From a virus (Duplodnaviria; Caudoviricetes), in IMG/VR virus record IMGVR_UViG_3300005403_000111, positions 1-35,696 of that record: DNA of 35,696 nucleotides; one strand, 5' to 3'. A program made the translations under genes and the position numbers. Below are positions 9,185 through 17,968 of the stretch, in pieces. The notes beneath the pieces were generated by a model. It ran no database searches, was not told the DNA's origin, and saw only the letters and a list, made by a program, of their open reading frames with translations. Each line of letters starts with the position of its first letter. Within the stretch, counting starts at the first letter, position 1.

Positions 9185-12100
9185 GATTCGTACCTGCTTG
9201 CTGCAGTATTTTTAGAGATTTGCGCTTGGTTTTTGTTACTCTCTTTTAGAAGCATTGCGACTTGATTTTTTAAGTCTCGAATCTCTTTTACCAGCATTCC
9301 CATACTAAGTGGATCATCGGGATTTTTAAGAGGCAATATAACTTCGTCATAATCTTTTTCTCCTATTAGCCCTATTGTTCCACCCATTCCACCTTTAACT
9401 AATCCACCGTCAGCAAAAGCGTGAATTGTTTTATACTCATTAGATTGTTTAAACAAATCATCAATCTGCTCAGCTTGAACCGCACCCGATGTTAGCTGTT
9501 CTGTCCAGTATGCCAAGCCCTCAGGGTCTGGTGCTCTGCCAAGAAGCGTGCTATACAGTTCAGGTAGCGCTGCCACGCCTATTGCCGTGGTTAAATTTGT
9601 CGGATTTATCGCACCACTGGAGACTTGTGTCTCCCAATAAGAAGCTCCTGCAGTTTCCGCTTCTCTACCTAAAATTGTTGAGTAGGCATATTGAACACTT
9701 GGGTCTACCGTAAAGCCTGTATCTTCCATTCCTTTAGGTAGCACAGATTTAGAGGCTGCCAAAGAGGCTGCTAGCGAATTACTAATATTTATACTCAAAG
9801 AGTTCATAGCAGCCACTAAGGCACTAGCTGTATTTGCAGTATTTACCTCAATTTTTTCTAAGTAATCCACCTCTTTTAAGGTTACATCTTGCAAACGTTC
9901 AAATTGATTTGCTGCCACGAGCTGATTAAATTCCATATCTCGTTGTGCTGAGAGCATATCCATATCAGGGGTGGTTTGAAATGTACTTATGTCAAACAGT
10001 ACCGAAGAAGCGTCTGTTACTCTTTTGATTGCGTTTGCATACTCTTCGTATTGGTCAGACAGGGAGAGCGCTTGAGCATCTGCCATTGCATCATAAAAAT
10101 CTTGCAGACTTCGTTCTGATGTTTTTGAAGCTCCTCGTAGCTTATCAACGGTGCTTGTGATAGTTCCTAGTGCTCCCTCAAGGGTAGATATACCGTCTGA
10201 TGCATCATCAAGCGTAATGTTTAAATCATCTATTTGCGTTTGATAAGCATCCGTATTTTCTAAAAGTGCCTTATTCGCATTTAGTAAATCAAGATCTGAG
10301 TCTGTTAAGCCGTCCATATCTTCACTTAAATTATAAAATAAAGCGGCTAGTCCATCTACGCTTGTTGCCAAAGAGACTCCCAGAGAAGACGCCAAGTTTT
10401 TAGCAAGCTGATCATCACTTAGCAGGCTATCGGTAAAGCTCTTTATGTTCTCTCTGCTCTTTGCCATCGCTTCTGCTACAAGTTCTATGCTCTCAAGATA
10501 GTTTAACGCTTCTCTCGCACCGCCATCGAAAGTCTCGCCTGTAACTTTTCCTAACTCTTCAACGGCTGCTATCTGTGCTTCTATATCTTCTTTGTTGTTA
10601 CTCATAAGAAGTGCAAAAGTTTCTTCAGTAAAAAATGTTTCAAGTGCTTGTATATCTTCGATACTTGTCTTTAGATAATCCGCAAAGCTTGCACCGCCTC
10701 GCAATTTATCAACATCGGCAAAAGCCTCGTTTAGCCTTTGCGTTTCGTAGAACATAGAGCCTGTTATGTCGTCATAAAAACCTTTAAAGTCTTTTGCTGC
10801 ATCTTTCAAATCCGACATTGAATCTATTACGCTTAAAGACCATTCAGAGGCTAAGTTTTGATACTCATTTATATCTCTCTCAATCTCTGCGTCTATAAAA
10901 GTTAGCATATTTTGCCAGTTGTACCCAGCTTCTAAAGCCGCACTTTGGTAAAGCGTTCCCGAGTAACCAGAGGTTGGTGTTATTTGTTCTGACATCGTAA
11001 CGAGGGTTTTTATTAGGTTTGTACCCTCTCTTAAAACATCTGCGTTGTACCCTATTTTAGTGCCTTGCGTTTGCCAAATATCTATGCCGTAGGTTTGTTG
11101 CCCTTGCAGATCTACGGCTGCTGTTTGGGTGGCGTTCATTCCTGCACTAACCAAGCCTTGTCTAGCTTTTTCTAAAACATCCTCTATCCAAAGAGAGGCT
11201 TCCTTTTTGAATGTTGTAGCAGCCAAGCCTATGCCCAGTTGAGATGCCGAGCCTTGTCTGTCGATAGATTCCAATAGCTCAACTTGTCTTTTAAGAAGGT
11301 CTGTAATAGGTGTGTATTTTGCTTCAGTTAGATCTCTGTTTTGGTCAAATGTAAATCCGGTTGATGTTACCGGAACACCGCCGCTGCCTCCGCCTGATTT
11401 ACCGATTGAAGACAATAATGCTCCGGTAGCGGCAACCGTTGCCGGAACTGTAATAAGGTTGAGCGGAAAAGGGTCGCCCCATGCACGGATTACGGCTCTA
11501 ACCGCCTGCACTACGGCGAGTCCCTTTTCTGCCGCTTGAGCGGTTTTTGACGCATTGTCACTTTGGCTCGCATAGTTGCTTACCGCACCAGACAAAGAGC
11601 CAAACGCACCGATATAGCTATCCATCTCTTGTTCTCGCAATACAGCTTGTTTCGCATCAAAATCCGAAAGAGCTACTTTTTCCTTTTGCTCATCCCCTTT
11701 TGCACTTATAAACGCTTTTGCATAATCTTCTTGAAATTTGATATCTGATTTTTCTAGTTTTAACCTATCTACATAAAACTTTTTAAAAGAGTTTCCAACC
11801 TCTGAAAGTGCTGCCGATTGTCCGCTTAGACCACTCGCCCAATCCTTGCCGCTCTCACTGAGCGCTATTTGCATATCTAACATATCTTGCATAGCGTTTG
11901 TAGATTCGGTTATGCTCTCAAGCAGAGCGTTTCGCTCCAGCATCTTATTTTGTTCATCTATTTTTACATTGACATCATTAAGTGCCGAACCTTGAAGATT
12001 TCGTAATGCTTCCTCCGCCCCTGCAACCTCAGAGTACTTAGCTATCAAGTTTTCATAATGCGTGTATGTTTCTAATGCCTCTTTTGTTAAACCATCTAAA

Positions 12101-13557
12101 AAATAAGAGTTCTTTTTATCAACTAGAGCATTTATATCATCAACGAAGTTCTCTTCTAGCTTTTTATGTTTTTCTAATGTTTTTGCTTTGTCATCCTCAG
12201 CTTTTTTGAGTGCATCAAGTTTGTATTTTGCTTCGATATCTACAAGAGCTTTATCTTGCAGAGTGCCAAGATTGCCTTTTGCACCTGCAACATCTTTGTA
12301 TTTTTCCTTAAGATCTTCATAATGTTGATAAACCGCCAATGCCTCTTTTGCCAAACCATCAAGAAAAAAAGTATTGCTGTCATTGTCTAGTTTTTTGACT
12401 TCATCGTAAAAACTTTTTTTTAATTTCAGGGCATCTTCATCTTCTTTTGTTTCTTTTGTGACAAGGCTACCCGTGCTTGAAGCACTTTCAAAATCCTTGA
12501 TTGCTCCTGTGGTTAGATGATCTACGTCTCCTTGTAGTTCCTTAATCTTGTTTTTTATAATTGCAATTCTTCTATTATCAAGTCCAAACCAAAGAACACC
12601 GTCATTTTTGTTTAACTCGTCCTGCGACTTAACAATCTGTCCTGCTAAATCTGCTATTTTAATGCTTGCTTCGGTTGTATTTTTAATCTGATTTATAGGT
12701 ATAGCCGCAATCCGAGCATCGTTAATTTTCTTTGTCCATGTGTCAAAAAGCCCTACGGATTCGTTCAGTCCCTTTTTCAACTCATCAAAAAGAGGTTCGG
12801 TTAGCGATCCTGCAAGCTTTGAAAAAGAGTTTTGCGCATTGCTCATAGCCTCGTCAAAGCTGCCGAATCCGCCTTTGATATCGACAAGTGCATCGTTGAT
12901 AGTTTTATAGATATCTTTTGAGTTTTTAAGGGCAGCGTTTGTGAGTCCCATATTTGCTAAAAAGCGCCCAAACTCACTATTCGCCTCAACCTGACCCTTT
13001 GCAAGTCCGTCCACGCCTGCCAAAAGCTGTTGAAACTCAACCCCCGCACTTCCTGCAGCGATGGATACTTTTTTGGTAAGCTCAACCATTTGGTCAGTAG
13101 ATACTCCCGACATCTTCATCGAAGAATACATAGACTTATATATCTCTACCGTTTGGCTAAGCGTGTGCGGTGTATCGGCGTTGATTGCCGCTAGTCTCTC
13201 CATCGCCTCACTTGCTTCACCTGCTGCAAGTGCATACTTTTTTGTTTGGTCGATTACTACGCCTGTCGTCGTTACATTGCCTGATGTAGCCACAGCAAGA
13301 GTAGTTAGAGAGTTTTTGAGATTTTCGGTGTTTTTGTTAAACTCGATACCGGAGGAAGCAACCGCCATAAACGCTTCTTTTAAAGCATAAACACTTACGG
13401 CGCCTGCAGCGAGAGTTTTTAGTTTTGTTCCAAAGGCAGAGACACTATTGTCGGTTTCTTTTACTTTTTCAGAGAGACCATTAAACTCCCTTCCTACAAC
13501 AGAGACGGCACCTGTATCTTTGTCAACAGATATTTTTATTTTTAGCGTCTTATCCAT
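9181..13557 (-). CDS. Tail tape measure protein with C-terminal DUF4214-like repeats
   Basis: 1458 aa, Ala/Leu-rich and helical; LKIKISVD start; C-terminal HAFADGG...IGEK..EVILPL; follows the tail chaperones. Confidence 0.9.
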   Translation of the reverse strand: MDKTLKIKISVDKDTGAVSVVGREFNGLSEKVKETDNSVSAFGTKLKTLAAGAVSVYALKEAFMAVASSGIEFNKNTENLKNSLTTLAVATSGNVTTTGVVIDQTKKYALAAGEASEAMERLAAINADTPHTLSQTVEIYKSMYSSMKMSGVSTDQMVELTKKVSIAAGSAGVEFQQLLAGVDGLAKGQVEANSEFGRFLANMGLTNAALKNSKDIYKTINDALVDIKGGFGSFDEAMSNAQNSFSKLAGSLTEPLFDELKKGLNESVGLFDTWTKKINDARIAAIPINQIKNTTEASIKIADLAGQIVKSQDELNKNDGVLWFGLDNRRIAIIKNKIKELQGDVDHLTTGAIKDFESASSTGSLVTKETKEDEDALKLKKSFYDEVKKLDNDSNTFFLDGLAKEALAVYQHYEDLKEKYKDVAGAKGNLGTLQDKALVDIEAKYKLDALKKAEDDKAKTLEKHKKLEENFVDDINALVDKKNSYFLDGLTKEALETYTHYENLIAKYSEVAGAEEALRNLQGSALNDVNVKIDEQNKMLERNALLESITESTNAMQDMLDMQIALSESGKDWASGLSGQSAALSEVGNSFKKFYVDRLKLEKSDIKFQEDYAKAFISAKGDEQKEKVALSDFDAKQAVLREQEMDSYIGAFGSLSGAVSNYASQSDNASKTAQAAEKGLAVVQAVRAVIRAWGDPFPLNLITVPATVAATGALLSSIGKSGGGSGGVPVTSTGFTFDQNRDLTEAKYTPITDLLKRQVELLESIDRQGSASQLGIGLAATTFKKEASLWIEDVLEKARQGLVSAGMNATQTAAVDLQGQQTYGIDIWQTQGTKIGYNADVLREGTNLIKTLVTMSEQITPTSGYSGTLYQSAALEAGYNWQNMLTFIDAEIERDINEYQNLASEWSLSVIDSMSDLKDAAKDFKGFYDDITGSMFYETQRLNEAFADVDKLRGGASFADYLKTSIEDIQALETFFTEETFALLMSNNKEDIEAQIAAVEELGKVTGETFDGGAREALNYLESIELVAEAMAKSRENIKSFTDSLLSDDQLAKNLASSLGVSLATSVDGLAALFYNLSEDMDGLTDSDLDLLNANKALLENTDAYQTQIDDLNITLDDASDGISTLEGALGTITSTVDKLRGASKTSERSLQDFYDAMADAQALSLSDQYEEYANAIKRVTDASSVLFDISTFQTTPDMDMLSAQRDMEFNQLVAANQFERLQDVTLKEVDYLEKIEVNTANTASALVAAMNSLSINISNSLAASLAASKSVLPKGMEDTGFTVDPSVQYAYSTILGREAETAGASYWETQVSSGAINPTNLTTAIGVAALPELYSTLLGRAPDPEGLAYWTEQLTSGAVQAEQIDDLFKQSNEYKTIHAFADGGLVKGGMGGTIGLIGEKDYDEVILPLKNPDDPLSMGMLVKEIRDLKNQVAMLLKESNKNQAQISKNTAASRYES

Positions 13558-13560
13558 CTC

Positions 13561-13806
13561 TTACCTTTCATTTACTTCACCGACTATTCTACGCAGTAGC
13601 TGATATACTTCCAAGTGCTCCACAGAGTGCTTTTTGCAATAATCTTTAACTATTGTGTAATTTACTTTCATACCGCCAAACCCGGTACCGCCAACAGAAA
13701 GTAAGAATAAATTTACTATAAAATATTCCCACTCTCCTTGCAGTTCCACTGCAAAAATCCCATTATTCTTACCTCTTGACTTAAGGTAAGTGATAATGTT
13801 TCTTAC
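13561..13806 (-). CDS. Tail assembly chaperone GT extension (-1 frameshift frame)
   Basis: The frame is open from the slippery site (VRNIITYLKSRGKNNGIFAVELQGEW...) to the stop at 13561. Confidence 0.75.
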   Translation of the reverse strand, partial: VRNIITYLKSRGKNNGIFAVELQGEWEYFIVNLFLLSVGGTGFGGMKVNYTIVKDYCKKHSVEHLEVYQLLRRIVGEVNER

Positions 13807-14282
13807 TTTTTTTCTTTAGCTTCACCTGCCAACTTTGAAAAGTTTTCAAAAAGCAGTAAATATGATACTCCTTTCTCTTCTACTACTTTTTTAAGAGCAC
13901 TTTTACCTGCACCGCTAACCAACAAATCAAATCTTTTGGCATAGAGACTATCTAGAACACTGGAAGCATCTTTTAGAGATTTATCAACTTGCTCAATCTC
14001 TCTTTTTAGTTTGTTTATCTCAGCGTTAATCTTTTTTTGCTCAAAGAGTAAAGTGAGTTTGTCGACTAGAGAGCTGCAACTTATAAGCTCTTTGTTTATC
14101 TCAAATTCGCAGTTCTTTTCTTTTAGAGTAGTAGCGAATTCGGCTCTCTTCTCGTAAAGCCCTATGTTCTCCTTTGAAAGTTCGGCAAGTTCCTCCCTTT
14201 GTGCCGAATTCGGCTCTTTGAGAGTTACGCTAAAGTTTTCACTATCTATTTGAATTTCGATGTCATACTGTGTTTTAATCAT
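13803..14282 (-). CDS. Tail assembly chaperone G
   Basis: Between the tail tube and tape measure genes; ends GAA AAA AAG TAA (A-AAA-AAG slippery heptamer). Confidence 0.8.
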   Translation of the reverse strand: MIKTQYDIEIQIDSENFSVTLKEPNSAQREELAELSKENIGLYEKRAEFATTLKEKNCEFEINKELISCSSLVDKLTLLFEQKKINAEINKLKREIEQVDKSLKDASSVLDSLYAKRFDLLVSGAGKSALKKVVEEKGVSYLLLFENFSKLAGEAKEKK

Positions 14283-14845
14283 TACGCAGCCTTATCTAAA
14301 AAATACTCTTTGAAGTATCCATCGGCAGTCTCTAAGATCTCCCCGTCAAAACCGATTATTGAGTGTTTATCTGCAAAATAATCCCTTACATCGCCGCTCG
14401 GAGTGACAACCGCATGATGCACGACCAAAACAGGGTCTTTTGTTCCGGTTATGTTTTTGCCGATAATCTTGATCTTGCCCTCTATCTTTGTACTCGTTGC
14501 GCCGTTGATCACATCCACCACGGTTTCAACCGTAGCCACCGTTCCATCTGGAAGCGTCGCACCGATTGCAAAAGTTTCCGTTGCCTCCGTACCAAACATT
14601 GCCATAGCCATATTTGCTTTGTTTACATTCTGCGTAGTAAACGAGATGCTGGCTTCCGTAGTAGTAGCCACCTTGTCTACCTTTTTACTCAAACCGCTAT
14701 CTTTAGAGTACGCATCCGCATAAGATTGCGTAATCTTTAAAGTAGCCGTTTGAATCTCCCCTATCTCAACCTCTGCTTCATACGTTGAACCGTTGTATTT
14801 TGAGAAGAAAAGCTTTCCTCCTCCGATGTATCTTTCAATTACCAT
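14282..14845 (-). CDS. Major tail (tube) protein, siphoviral type
   Basis: RYIGGGKLFF...EIGEI..ATL pattern; position before the chaperones; no sheath gene present. Confidence 0.75.
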   Translation of the reverse strand: MVIERYIGGGKLFFSKYNGSTYEAEVEIGEIQTATLKITQSYADAYSKDSGLSKKVDKVATTTEASISFTTQNVNKANMAMAMFGTEATETFAIGATLPDGTVATVETVVDVINGATSTKIEGKIKIIGKNITGTKDPVLVVHHAVVTPSGDVRDYFADKHSIIGFDGEILETADGYFKEYFLDKAA

Positions 14846-14846
14846 G

Positions 14847-14990
14847 TCATGCTCCCTTTACAAGCTCAGCTTGTTTATTTTTCACTAAAATATCCGCCGT
14901 GCTTTTGAATATTTCTATGCTCTCACCGACCTTAACAAGCTTGCTTCCGACTCTTAAGGGTTGCAGGGCTTTTACAGTTACTTTATCCAT
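14847..14990 (-). CDS. Small protein (47 aa) upstream of the tail tube, missed by the ORF track
   Basis: MDKVTVKALQPLRVGSKLVKVGESIEIFKSTADILVKNKQAELVKGA; fills the gap exactly and has a GGAG SD. Confidence 0.6.
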   Translation of the reverse strand: MDKVTVKALQPLRVGSKLVKVGESIEIFKSTADILVKNKQAELVKGA

Positions 14991-15331
14991 CACTCTCTCC
15001 TAAAATCTAAATTGTATGCTATGCTGCACGCTACTATGTAGAGTGTATTTGTCTCAAACGAGACGCTCTTTGTCTCTTCCCAATCCAAGAGACTCTCTTC
15101 AATAACCAGACTTCTAAACTCATCTACTTTGCCCATAACGCTATTTTCGCCCTTTAGGCTGTTTGCCGCTATGGCTATCGTAAAGTAGAGTTTGTCCTTT
15201 GCGCCTGAAATGCTCTTAGAGCCGTCAAAAAACAAGTAAATACCGTCTTGCTTTATAAAACTTGGATGAGTTATCGGCTTTGCTTCACTAAAGAGTTCCC
15301 CGACTTTTGCGAATGCTTCTACATATCCCAT
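14990..15331 (-). CDS. Putative tail terminator / head-tail joining protein
   Basis: Position equivalent to Mu gp37; function from synteny only. Confidence 0.45.
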   Translation of the reverse strand: MGYVEAFAKVGELFSEAKPITHPSFIKQDGIYLFFDGSKSISGAKDKLYFTIAIAANSLKGENSVMGKVDEFRSLVIEESLLDWEETKSVSFETNTLYIVACSIAYNLDFRRE

Positions 15332-15642
15332 TCGCTCGTCCTTGTCCCATAAGCAAAAGAGCTTACTTCCGCTCCGGCTTCATCTACTTTTATAGACTCA
15401 GCTTTTTTAAGTATGAGAAGCTGCTGTTTTTCTTCATACTCGCTTAGTTCCACTTTTAGGTTTAGCTTTAGCCTCATCATTGCCAAGTCCAGTAGCATCG
15501 TCTGCGGTATCGGTTTGTTCTGCGTCAGCTCCATCGCCTCCGTTAGACTCTCCAGACACGATTCCGTCGTCACCTCCGTCTGGTTGTAAAGACTTCTCTG
15601 AGCTTTGATCAGCAGCTTCTGCGATAGTTCCTCTTGTGTCAT
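15319..15642 (-). CDS. Putative head-tail adaptor
   Basis: Position equivalent to Mu gp36; SD GGAGG before ATG; helical. Confidence 0.5.
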   Translation of the reverse strand: MTQEELSQKLLIKAQRSLYNQTEVTTESCLESLTEAMELTQNKPIPQTMLLDLAMMRLKLNLKVELSEYEEKQQLLILKKAESIKVDEAGAEVSSFAYGTRTSEWDM

Positions 15643-15748
15643 CTAACCCTCCATTCATCTCATCGTCGCCCTCAAGCTCTTTTGGCTCGGCTGGCGGGGC
15701 AATGAGAGTCTTTTTTTCTCTATATTTATCTACTGTAAAATGTCCCAT
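15434..15748 (-). CDS. Low-complexity protein directly after the capsid gene (possible Mu gp35 position)
   Basis: ATG 2 nt after the capsid stop with a GAGGTGG SD; overlaps 15319..15642 by 209 bp. Confidence 0.4.
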   Translation of the reverse strand: MGHFTVDKYREKKTLIAPPAEPKELEGDDEMNGGLDDTRGTIAEAADQSSEKSLQPDGGDDGIVSGESNGGDGADAEQTDTADDATGLGNDEAKAKPKSGTKRV

Positions 15749-15750
15749 AA

Positions 15751-16611
15751 TTACGCCACCTCACCGCTGAATTTAAATGCCAACTGCCATAAGCCATAAC
15801 CTGCATTCATAAAGCTTTTTGTACCAAAGAGTGCGTGATCTTTCATAAACTTATCGTCGTTTGAACTCTCAAAAATTCCATCTTTAGCAATTTGCAAGAT
15901 GAACGGCTTGAGCGGTTTTGAAGTGTCGAGCATAAACCATTCAAGACCTTCAATCTCAGGAAGTATCAGATAGTCCATCATCTTGTAAGTCGTGTTTGTC
16001 TCGCCGCCGGCTTTGTACTCTTTGCCTAAAGCCGTGATAACATTTGCCAAGTTCGCCGGACCGCAAACGATTAAGTTCGGCGCAATACGCATAGTTTTAC
16101 CGCCCGTATTTTTGATGCTCTGCATAAAAGTACGCCCTGCGATAATGTTCTCACTGTTTAAAACACCGGGTGCTTTGTTGTCGTAAGTATCAAGACCCAT
16201 AGCATGGTCATCCGCAAAGAAAGCTTTTCCGTCATAACAGAGATTTACATGCCCGTTAATAAGAACATCTGCCACCAGTTCGCTTCCAAAGAGTTTGGCA
16301 TTTTGAGCCATCTGCTCAATCGCAGGTTTGTAAAGTCCAACTTTGTCGTACTCAATATGAAGATTTGGAACAGTAACTGAGGCTTCAAAGAGTTTGTTAT
16401 CCAGTGCATAACCGAAGTTGCTTAATGCTTTTACATCACGCTCACCGATCCACTCTTTCATGTTTGGGAAATTGCCCAACCATGCATACTTCTCGCTCAA
16501 ATCGTTTGATTTTACTTCCGTCGCCAAAACTTTCGCTTCGGCATTTGTGTCGTTGTATGTTTTTTGAAAGATAGATTTAAAACCTATGCTTGTTTCTTCA
16601 AATGTCGCCAT
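15751..16611 (-). CDS. Major capsid protein, Mu gpT family
   Basis: YAWLGNFPNMKEWIGER, CYDGKAFFADDH, W.MLDTSKPLKPFILQ and AGYGLWQLA motifs. Confidence 0.95.
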   Translation of the reverse strand: MATFEETSIGFKSIFQKTYNDTNAEAKVLATEVKSNDLSEKYAWLGNFPNMKEWIGERDVKALSNFGYALDNKLFEASVTVPNLHIEYDKVGLYKPAIEQMAQNAKLFGSELVADVLINGHVNLCYDGKAFFADDHAMGLDTYDNKAPGVLNSENIIAGRTFMQSIKNTGGKTMRIAPNLIVCGPANLANVITALGKEYKAGGETNTTYKMMDYLILPEIEGLEWFMLDTSKPLKPFILQIAKDGIFESSNDDKFMKDHALFGTKSFMNAGYGLWQLAFKFSGEVA

Positions 16612-16614
16612 TAG

Positions 16615-17343
16615 TTACGCTCCTACTTTTTGTGCTAAAAAATCGGCATGTGCAATGCCTAAAAGGTCTGCCACCTTTTTCTCATTTTCGCTTAGAACGA
16701 CCTGCTTGTCATTTGGGTCTAAGTCGACTTTTTTAAACATCGTCGTCATCTTTGAGTTCATCTCTTTTACGGCATCTTTTAGAACTTCAACTTCTTGTTT
16801 GAGGTTCTCTTCCGTTTTTGCTTTGTCGTCACTTGAGGTTTTTGTCTCTTGTAGCGTTTTTAGTTCGCTTTTTAAAGACTCTATCTCCGTTTTTAATTCC
16901 TGCAACTCTTCCAACTTTTTCTCCTTATTTGTTTTTTCGTTTAGCTCGTTATTGAGCAGGTTTGGGCGGTTTACCAGCCCTACGCTGTCGAGTTCCGCTA
17001 CTTCGTTGTTTGCACCCATTACAAAAACAGGACTCATGTAGCGGTATGCTTTTGTATCTACAAGTCTCTTACCCTCGTCATTGAGTTCGAGTGAAGCGTA
17101 TAAACCGTCTTCTCTTACCTCAAAGCTGTTTTTTTCAAACCAACCTACCGCCGCACCGAAATAGTGGTTTTCATCAAGGGGAATGTGTATGTCATTTTTC
17201 ACAATAGTCTCAGCAAGTGCCTGACCATCTATTTTAAAAGTACGACCATCCAAGCCTACCACATCACCAACAGGTGAAACCTTTACCTTTTCACCGTCTT
17301 TATAGTTAAGACTTAAAACCTTTTTGAGTCTTCCACCGTTCAA
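16615..17343 (-). CDS. Prohead protease/scaffold, Mu gpI family
   Basis: DGR, IPLDENH, AVGW, YRYMSPVF and VGLVNRPNL motifs; TTG start after AGGAGG. Confidence 0.9.
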   Translation of the reverse strand: MNGGRLKKVLSLNYKDGEKVKVSPVGDVVGLDGRTFKIDGQALAETIVKNDIHIPLDENHYFGAAVGWFEKNSFEVREDGLYASLELNDEGKRLVDTKAYRYMSPVFVMGANNEVAELDSVGLVNRPNLLNNELNEKTNKEKKLEELQELKTEIESLKSELKTLQETKTSSDDKAKTEENLKQEVEVLKDAVKEMNSKMTTMFKKVDLDPNDKQVVLSENEKKVADLLGIAHADFLAQKVGA

Positions 17344-17376
17344 AAAAAACCTCCTGATTAGTGTTTTGTGAAGAGC

Positions 17377-17452
17377 ATTTTAGAGCGAAAAAAAAGGCGT
17401 TTCGTCCAGATATGCGTATATGGAAAAATGCAAAAAGAAATTGAGCCAAAAT
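17377..17452. promoter_or_regulatory. Divergent late promoters sharing a central palindrome
   Basis: Minus-strand TAAAAT (17382-17377) and plus-strand CAAAAT (17447-17452), each 22 bp from the imperfect palindrome TCCAGATATG|CGTATATGGA (17405-17424). Confidence 0.6.
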
Positions 17453-17485
17453 GCGGCTATATATAAAGATAAGGTATAGCGAACG

Positions 17486-17968
17486 ATGGCAAAAGATACG
17501 AAAAAGCATGGAGTAAAGAAGCTCTTTTTAGATGGTAAAACCATTTCCTATATAGCGACCGCTCTCTCCATAAGCCGTGCCACGATTTATGCTTACAAAA
17601 AAGAGGATTATGAGAACGGAATTGATTGGGATGAACTAGCCTTTGCGCAAGCTATAGATCCAAGCGGCACAAAGCTAAATGAAAAAGAGTTTTTGGCAAC
17701 GCTTATAAGACAGTTTGAAGATGCCTTAAAATCGCTTGACAATTTAGACAACCCTGCAGAAAAACTAATGCTCCTAAATGAGTATGCAAAAAGCTACTAC
17801 CGTTTAAAAGCTCCTCTAAAGAACGACTGCAAAAGTGCCGTGCTTGAAGCTTCAAGCAAAGCCATCTATGCCATCAGTCAATTAGCACTAGAACATGACG
17901 CAAAAGAGACGCTCGCATTTTTAAGTAAAAACTCCGACCGCATTATTGAGCAGGTGCTTAAAAAATGA
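17486..17968 (+). CDS. Terminase small subunit (DUF1804-like, N-terminal HTH)
   Basis: HTH TISYIATALSISRATIYAYK followed by GIDWD; overlaps the terL start. Confidence 0.75.
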   Translation: MAKDTKKHGVKKLFLDGKTISYIATALSISRATIYAYKKEDYENGIDWDELAFAQAIDPSGTKLNEKEFLATLIRQFEDALKSLDNLDNPAEKLMLLNEYAKSYYRLKAPLKNDCKSAVLEASSKAIYAISQLALEHDAKETLAFLSKNSDRIIEQVLKK

